From contig JAGWPE010000260.1 of NCBI GenBank assembly GCA_028870635.1, positions 2,612-66,611 on the forward strand: 64,000 bases of DNA. The letters are read 5' to 3'. This document shows positions 58,681 to 64,000 of this stretch, piece by piece. The notes beneath the pieces are model-generated. The model saw only the letters and a list, made by a program, of their open reading frames with translations. It made no database searches and was not told the DNA's origin. This stretch comes from Gammaproteobacteria bacterium. GTDB lineage: Bacteria > Pseudomonadota > Gammaproteobacteria > Steroidobacterales > Steroidobacteraceae. The translations under genes were made by a program, and so were the position numbers. The stretch's first letter is position 1. Each line of letters starts with the position of its first letter.

Positions 58681-61600
58681 CTATTTTAAGCCGAGCTTGA
58701 CCGCCACCGTGCCGGCAGTGGCCGGTTGGGGCACGGCTGCGGTGATGCCGACCCGTGCCGCATCAACGCCCCCGGCTGCGAGGATGGCAGAGCGGATCGA
58801 CTGCGCGCGCCGCTCCCCGAGCGCCTGGAGGTCGGCGTCGGAGACCTGCATCCGCTTCAGCAAGGCTGATTGCAGCTCGAGGATGGCAGGCTCGAACGGC
58901 GGTACCTTCTGCGCCGCGGTGGGCAGCGGTGCCTTGGGGCCGAAGGTGTTCTGGTACGCCGCGCGCAGCAGCCGGTAGTGCGCCGCGGGAAGCTCCAGCA
59001 CTTCGCGGCCTGCCGCCGGCGAAGCGCCCTGCTGCTGTCCGCGGGCCGCTCCTCCACGCCTCCCGCTGCTCAACGCCCCGCTGCGCGCGAGAGTAATCAG
59101 CTCGTGCTGCAACTGCTGCTGCGCAAGCGCCGGCCTGTCGGCGTCGGGAGCGTATACGGCCGGCACCTGTAACTGCAGTTGCGGGCGCTGCGCGAGCGCC
59201 TTCGCGAGCCCTGAGACCTGCGTCCGCGCCGCGGGCGGGAGGGTGGCGCTCCCCGGGGCGAAATCGACGTGATTGATGTCAGCCCCACCGCCGACGAGCC
59301 GTCCCAGCATGGCGAAAGGCGCCGTCACCGCCTTCCTCAGCACGGCGAGAAGAGCCTTGCCGATGAGCGGTCCCAGACTGAACTTCGGGTCGTTGAGACT
59401 GCCGGTCACCGGCAGCCCGAGCCGTATGACGCCGTTGCGGTCCTTGAGCAGGGCGATGGCGAGCCTCAGGGGCAGCTTGGTCGCATGCGGGCTCGCGACC
59501 TGCTCGCCGAGCTGCAGTTGATCGATGATCAGCGTGTGATCCGCGTTCAGTCTGCCGTGGTCCACCTTGTAGTGAAGATCGGCGTTGAGCGTACCGCTCG
59601 CGATCTTGTACCCGGCGAAGCGGACGGAATAGGGCGTCATCCGCGTCAGCTCGAGCCCGCGAAACTTCATCCTGATGTCGGTGTAGGTCGAGGCGGACAG
59701 CAGGTTCACCACGCCGTTGATGTCGACCGGGGCGTAGCGATCCACCCTTCCCTGCAGATCCACGCTGGCGCGCGAGCTCGGATCGGCCGAGAGGCCTTGG
59801 ATCGTGCCGTGCAGATCCTGGATGCCGGTCGCGAAGTTGGGTTGCATCGAGAAGTCGGCGTAATCGGCGGTGCCGTTGGCGATGCGCACCAGGCCGATGC
59901 TCATGGGCATCGAAGCGGAAGCGCGGGCGGGCGGGTTGCCGCCGGCCGCAGGCGCGCTCGCTCGTTCGGCTTTCTTCGGGGCGGTCTTCGCCGCGGCCGC
60001 CTTGGGGTGGTAGCCCCGCGGATGCAGCGCCTCCGACACGTTGAGGGTATGGTCCGCCCCGATGATCACCCGAGCGTACGGGGCCACCACGATGACGCGC
60101 TTGATTTGCAGGCTCGCGGGGCCCGAGACATACCGGAACCCGATGACGTGCAGGCCCTGCCATTTGACGAAGTCCTGCCTGAGGTCGTCATCCACGGTTC
60201 GCAGGTCCGCGACGTCGATGCGGCCTGATGCGCTCGTCCGCCCGTCGGCACGCCTGTCGATATCCAGCGTCGCGCTCAGGAGTCCGCTGGCCAGCGTGAG
60301 CGCGGTGTACTTGGCGAAGTAGGGCTGCAGCGCGCGTAGATCGATGCGGCTGAGGCCCACCTTCGCGCTCAGCACCTGCGGCTGCAGCGTGCCCTCGCCC
60401 GTCAGGTCCAGCCGCCCATTGCCGTTGACCGCCGACTGCAGGGAAACCTTGACCCGCGCATCGGGAGAGCTGTCATATCCGGTGATCCGGGCCGAAAGCG
60501 GGCCAAGGGTCAGGTCGGCGGCCGGCTTGACCGCCCGGTCCTCCAGCGACACCCGCGTGTCCTCGATCCGTATATCCGGAGCCGCTACGCGCCAGACAGG
60601 AGCGTGCGACGGGCGCCGCGTGGGAGCCGCCGCCACAGACGCAGACGCCGCCGCAGACGCAGGCGCGGCCGCTGTCGCACCCTTCGAAGGACCGAGGAGC
60701 TGCAGCAGGTTGAGCTGGCCTCCCTCGTCGAGCCAGCCGCGAACGTCAGCGCCAGCGAGCGTGATCGCGCCCACCCGGATGGAGCGCCGCTCGAGATCGA
60801 TGTGGGCATTGCCGAGGGTGAAACGATCGAGCCGGACGTAGTCCGAGGCGGCCCGCCGCGGCCTCACACCCAACCCAGTCACCCGCGCCTGCGGCACCTC
60901 GATGGTCATGCTGACCGCCTGCCCCGTTGCGCCCTTGGGCGCGCTATCGATGGCGAAGCTGCCGTGAAGCGCTACGCTGCCGCTGGAGACCTCGGCCGGC
61001 AGGACGGGGCCGAGATAGGTCGCCACCGTGCGCGCACTCAGTCCATCGAGATTCAGCGTACCGTGCAGGGAAATCGGCTCTGCGCGGATCGTCCCCGTCC
61101 AGTCGAGGCGGCCTCCCTGGCCGATGGTGGCGGTGAGGTGATAGCTGCCGGCCTTACTGCCGGTGGTGCTGAAGTCGAGAAGCTCGAAGGCGATCGGATC
61201 GAGGTCGAGGCGAAAGGGGGCGGATCGCGAGTCATCCTCATAGGTCGCGCTGCCGTTGCTGACCGCGAGCCGGTCGAGGAAGAGCTTGAAGGGCTTGGAG
61301 GCCGGAGCCTGAGCCTCGGCTTGCGCCGGCCGGGCGAAAGGCTTCTCCAGATCCGCAAGATTGAGTCTACCGTCACGGCGCACCACCGCGCTCACGCGGG
61401 GGCTGTCGAGGACGATTTCGCTCAGGCTCGGCGCGAGCCGCGACACGCTGGAGATCCCCACCGCAACCTGCAGATGCGCGAAGGAGATCATCGGCCGGCC
61501 GTCGGCATCCGGAAAGGAGAAGCTCGTGATATCGAGCTTCCAGGTGAAGGGGTTGAAGCTGACATCACCGAGCGTGAGCGTCCTGCCGTAGTCCCGCCCG

Positions 61601-61728
61601 GTGATTCCCACGAGCTCCGAGCGTATCAACCGCGGGATGAGCAGAAACCCTACCGCGGCATACAGGCCCACCAGCCCCGCGAGAATCGCGAGGATGACCA
61701 GCCAGCGTCGACCCCGCACTCCGGTCAT
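58681..61728 (-). CDS. DUF748 domain protein (AsmA-like, 1015 aa, N-terminal anchor)
   Basis: RRWLVILAILAGLVGLYAAVGFLLIPRLIRSEL... N-terminal anchor, with repeated beta-rich DUF748-type segments. Confidence 0.75.
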   Translation of the reverse strand: MTGVRGRRWLVILAILAGLVGLYAAVGFLLIPRLIRSELVGITGRDYGRTLTLGDVSFNPFTWKLDITSFSFPDADGRPMISFAHLQVAVGISSVSRLAPSLSEIVLDSPRVSAVVRRDGRLNLADLEKPFARPAQAEAQAPASKPFKLFLDRLAVSNGSATYEDDSRSAPFRLDLDPIAFELLDFSTTGSKAGSYHLTATIGQGGRLDWTGTIRAEPISLHGTLNLDGLSARTVATYLGPVLPAEVSSGSVALHGSFAIDSAPKGATGQAVSMTIEVPQARVTGLGVRPRRAASDYVRLDRFTLGNAHIDLERRSIRVGAITLAGADVRGWLDEGGQLNLLQLLGPSKGATAAAPASAAASASVAAAPTRRPSHAPVWRVAAPDIRIEDTRVSLEDRAVKPAADLTLGPLSARITGYDSSPDARVKVSLQSAVNGNGRLDLTGEGTLQPQVLSAKVGLSRIDLRALQPYFAKYTALTLASGLLSATLDIDRRADGRTSASGRIDVADLRTVDDDLRQDFVKWQGLHVIGFRYVSGPASLQIKRVIVVAPYARVIIGADHTLNVSEALHPRGYHPKAAAAKTAPKKAERASAPAAGGNPPARASASMPMSIGLVRIANGTADYADFSMQPNFATGIQDLHGTIQGLSADPSSRASVDLQGRVDRYAPVDINGVVNLLSASTYTDIRMKFRGLELTRMTPYSVRFAGYKIASGTLNADLHYKVDHGRLNADHTLIIDQLQLGEQVASPHATKLPLRLAIALLKDRNGVIRLGLPVTGSLNDPKFSLGPLIGKALLAVLRKAVTAPFAMLGRLVGGGADINHVDFAPGSATLPPAARTQVSGLAKALAQRPQLQLQVPAVYAPDADRPALAQQQLQHELITLARSGALSSGRRGGAARGQQQGASPAAGREVLELPAAHYRLLRAAYQNTFGPKAPLPTAAQKVPPFEPAILELQSALLKRMQVSDADLQALGERRAQSIRSAILAAGGVDAARVGITAAVPQPATAGTVAVKLGLK

Positions 61729-61744
61729 GCAGGCACCTATCGTG

Positions 61745-62119
61745 TCAGGTTACGTACGGCGAGATGACCATGCAGACGACCGTAGCCGAAAGCAACACCG
61801 CCGCGATCCGTTGCGCCATCACGGGTGACTTGCGCATGCCGCCCTGCACGCCGGCCGCAACGATGGCGCAAAGCGCCCCGATCGCCAGAGCATTCGCCAT
61901 CGGCCCGTGGGCGCCGCGGATCGAGATGCCCCAGAGGCCGGCGCCGGCCCCGATGGTCAGGACGGCCGCGGACATCTGCGCGCGAAACAGCTCCGGCGTG
62001 ATCCGGTGCGCGGGTGAGGTATGCGTCAGCGCGAGGGTCGACCCCGCCCAGAAAACCCCCGAAAGCGCGTGCAGTGAGATCAGGGCCATGAACAGTAGGT
62101 GCATGGGTAGTGCTTTCAC
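61745..62119 (-). CDS. Small integral membrane protein (4 predicted TM)
   Basis: 124 aa and hydrophobic throughout (LLFMALISLHALSGVFWAG..., AAVLTIGAGAGLWGI..., ALAIGALCAIVAAGV..., IAAVLLSATVVCMVI). No family recognised. Confidence 0.45.
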   Translation of the reverse strand: MKALPMHLLFMALISLHALSGVFWAGSTLALTHTSPAHRITPELFRAQMSAAVLTIGAGAGLWGISIRGAHGPMANALAIGALCAIVAAGVQGGMRKSPVMAQRIAAVLLSATVVCMVISPYVT

Positions 62120-62170
62120 GGCCTGCGGCCGGACTCCTGCGGGTCGCGAACGGCCATATTATACGCCGGA

Positions 62171-63931
62171 TCAATAGCCTGCAGCCCGCGCGGTTTCGGT
62201 GCGCGGATCGCTCGCCCCGAGGCGCTCGCCCGTGGCCGGGTCGACCTCGATGCATTCGGCATCGCCGCGGTCGCCGTAGACGATGCGGTAGCCATGGGCC
62301 GCGAGAAGCCGCAGCGTGTCGGGTGAGAAGCGGTCCGGCTCCATGAGGAGCTCATCCGGCAGCCACTGCTGGTGGAACCGGGGCGCCGCGACAGCCTGTT
62401 CGATGTTGAGTCCATAATCCGCAACGCCGATCAGGACATTGGCCACGGTCGTGATGATCGTCGGGCCGCCCGGGCTTCCGAGGACCAGCCAGAGCTTGCC
62501 GTCCTTCAGCACCATGGTCGGAGTCATGGAGGAGAGCGGCCGCTTGCCGGGACCCACGGCGTTCGCCGATCCCTGGAGCACGCCGAACATGTTGGGCACG
62601 CCCACCTTGGCCGCGAAGTCGTCCATCTCATCGTTGAGGAGGAATCCGAGATCTCCCGCGGTCACTCCGGAGCCGTACCAGGCGTTGAGCGTAGTGGTCA
62701 CGGAGACCGCATTTCCCGCCGCATCCACCACCGAGTAATGGGTGGTCTCACGCGACTCCGGCACCGGCTTCAGGACCGGATGAGCCGCCGCATAACGCGT
62801 GAGCTGCGGGAAGATGGCGGGGCGCTGCAGCGGCAGCGACGGGCTCGCATCCGCCGGCAGGATCGAGCTGCGCCACGCGGCGGCGTAGCGCTTGTCGAGG
62901 AGCAGCATCATCGGGGAATCGGTGTACGCCGGATCGCCCAGGAACTCCGCGCGATCGAAAAAGGCGCGGCGGTATGCCTCGGTGATCAGATGGACGGAGG
63001 CCGCCGAGTCCGGCCCGGCGCTCTTGAGGTCGTACCCCTCGAGGATGTTGAGCAGCTCGATGAGGACGATGCCTCCCGAGGAAGGCGGCGGCGCGCTGAT
63101 GACGGTGAGGCCGCGGTATGTTCCCGTGACGGGCTTGCGGTCGATGACCCGATAATCGGCGAGGTCCCTGGCCGTGATGATGCCGCCGCCCTTGCGGATG
63201 AAATCGGCGAGCTGCAGCGCCATCCGCCCGGTGTAGAAGGTGTCGGGATTACGCTCGATGCGCCCGAGCGTGCGCGCGAGCTCGGGCTGCCTGAATACAT
63301 CTCCCTCGTGCCAGCCGTTGCCGCCGTTGCGGAAGATGCGCTGCGAATCCGGAAACCGGGTGAGACGAGTGTCGCGATCCAGCAGGCGCGCGTCGCTGAA
63401 GCTCAGCGCATAGCCTGCGCGCGCGAGACGGATGGCCGGAGCCATCACCCGCGCGAGTCCGAGCTTGCCGAAATGCCGCTCGGCATACACCAGGCCCTTC
63501 ACCGAGCCCGGCACGCCGATCGCCTCGTAGCCCACGGTGCTGAGCCCCGGAATCACGTTTCCCGAGGCGTCCTGGTACATCGCGGCGGTAGCCTTGCCGG
63601 GCGCGGTCTCGCGAAAGTCGATGAAGTGAGTCGCGCCATCATGCAGGCGGATCAGCATGAAGCCGCCGCCGCCGAGGTTGCCCGCCTGCGGGTGTACCAC
63701 GGCGAGCGCGAAGCCGCTCGCCACGGCCGCATCGATCGCGTTGCCGCCTTCCTTCATGACCTCGACGCCTGCCTCGGAGGCCAGCCCGTTGCTGCTCGCC
63801 ACCATGCCGTGGCGTGCGTGCGCCGGCGCGAGCTCGCCCCCGGTGGGAATCCGAGGCGCGCCCAGAGCCTGCCGGGCCGGCGCGACGGCGATGAGAATCA
63901 GCAGGGCAAGGACGGGGAATCGTGCCTTCAT
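62171..63931 (-). CDS. ggt: Gamma-glutamyltransferase
   Basis: 586 aa with a signal peptide. GNLGGGGFMLI, the autoprocessing/nucleophile site ETTHYSVVD, and GSPGGPTIITTV. Confidence 0.92.
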   Translation of the reverse strand: MKARFPVLALLILIAVAPARQALGAPRIPTGGELAPAHARHGMVASSNGLASEAGVEVMKEGGNAIDAAVASGFALAVVHPQAGNLGGGGFMLIRLHDGATHFIDFRETAPGKATAAMYQDASGNVIPGLSTVGYEAIGVPGSVKGLVYAERHFGKLGLARVMAPAIRLARAGYALSFSDARLLDRDTRLTRFPDSQRIFRNGGNGWHEGDVFRQPELARTLGRIERNPDTFYTGRMALQLADFIRKGGGIITARDLADYRVIDRKPVTGTYRGLTVISAPPPSSGGIVLIELLNILEGYDLKSAGPDSAASVHLITEAYRRAFFDRAEFLGDPAYTDSPMMLLLDKRYAAAWRSSILPADASPSLPLQRPAIFPQLTRYAAAHPVLKPVPESRETTHYSVVDAAGNAVSVTTTLNAWYGSGVTAGDLGFLLNDEMDDFAAKVGVPNMFGVLQGSANAVGPGKRPLSSMTPTMVLKDGKLWLVLGSPGGPTIITTVANVLIGVADYGLNIEQAVAAPRFHQQWLPDELLMEPDRFSPDTLRLLAAHGYRIVYGDRGDAECIEVDPATGERLGASDPRTETARAAGY

Positions 63932-64000
63932 TGCGCACCCATGGATCGGCCGATACGGAAGCGGCCGTGCGCCTGCAATGTCTGCGCCGCGAGGCCGCCG
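63928..64000 (-). CDS. 3' end of an unidentified upstream CDS (partial, enters from the right edge)
   Basis: The minus-strand frame reads ...GGLAAQTLQAHGRFRIGRSMGAQ* with TGA at 63930-63928, forming an ATGA overlap with the ggt start. GC3-rich codons. Too short to identify. Confidence 0.3.
   Translation of the reverse strand, partial: GGLAAQTLQAHGRFRIGRSMGAQ

Noticed and set aside
1-64000. Search for mobile elements, prophage, defence systems, toxin-antitoxin pairs, rRNA and tRNA
   Set aside because: I recognised none of the following: transposase, integrase, recombinase, restriction, Cas, Abi or TA-like products; IS terminal inverted repeats; tRNA or rRNA signatures. Gene density and composition look uniform, apart from the repeat-filled intergenic regions.

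Overview
GC-rich, densely coding, proteobacterial-type chromosomal segment with about 60 supportable CDS. I found no rRNA, tRNA, CRISPR array, transposase, integrase or phage genes. Many of the very long ORFs in the supplied track are antisense or off-frame shadows of real genes, as expected at this GC content.

Layout:
(i) 1-14 kb holds envelope and housekeeping genes: a GT4 glycosyltransferase that runs off the left edge and is missing from the ORF track, a DUF4136 lipoprotein, a PIG-L deacetylase, a PLD/cardiolipin-synthase-like protein, a CAP-domain protein, an EAL remnant, DUF4184, a GH15 glucoamylase with a ROK/polyphosphate-glucokinase-like kinase, an S8 protease with a glycine-zipper disordered protein placed divergently from an ECF sigma/anti-sigma pair, hemJ, a nitroreductase and apt.
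(ii) 14-27.5 kb is a regulatory, stress and ion-homeostasis block: an Asr-like K/H-rich peptide, a HisKA_3 kinase, two response regulators, a sigma-54 enhancer-binding protein, a CPA1 antiporter, DUF2383, a PAS hybrid kinase, rpoN, a BON protein, an orphan ECF sigma and a Kef-type CPA2 antiporter. The block also contains a 630-bp non-coding stretch with a near-consensus sigma-54 promoter followed directly by an intrinsic terminator, which is a candidate small RNA. A dispersed family of structured palindromic repeats occurs here as well.
(iii) ppc and a GNAT follow.
(iv) 30.7-54 kb is the most interesting part. It is a two-armed cluster of about 23 kb made almost entirely of exported, lipoprotein or outer-membrane products. 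It contains ApbE, a TonB-like AgmX/PglI-type protein, ExbD x2, ExbB, several TPR/coiled-coil proteins, TlpA, a Tat-exported DUF1501/DUF1552-like protein, a LamG lipoprotein with two CxxCH motifs and a DUF1588-like CxxCH protein. These face a divergent arm encoding a beta-propeller CxxCH lipoprotein, an SH3-fused OM barrel, a lipoprotein barrel, a second TlpA, DUF4266 and DUF3570.
(v) 54-64 kb holds a SYLF protein, an Fsr-type MFS transporter, a hypothetical protein, OpgD, a 1015-aa DUF748 protein, a small membrane protein and ggt.

All family assignments rest on motif recognition by eye. No database search was run.
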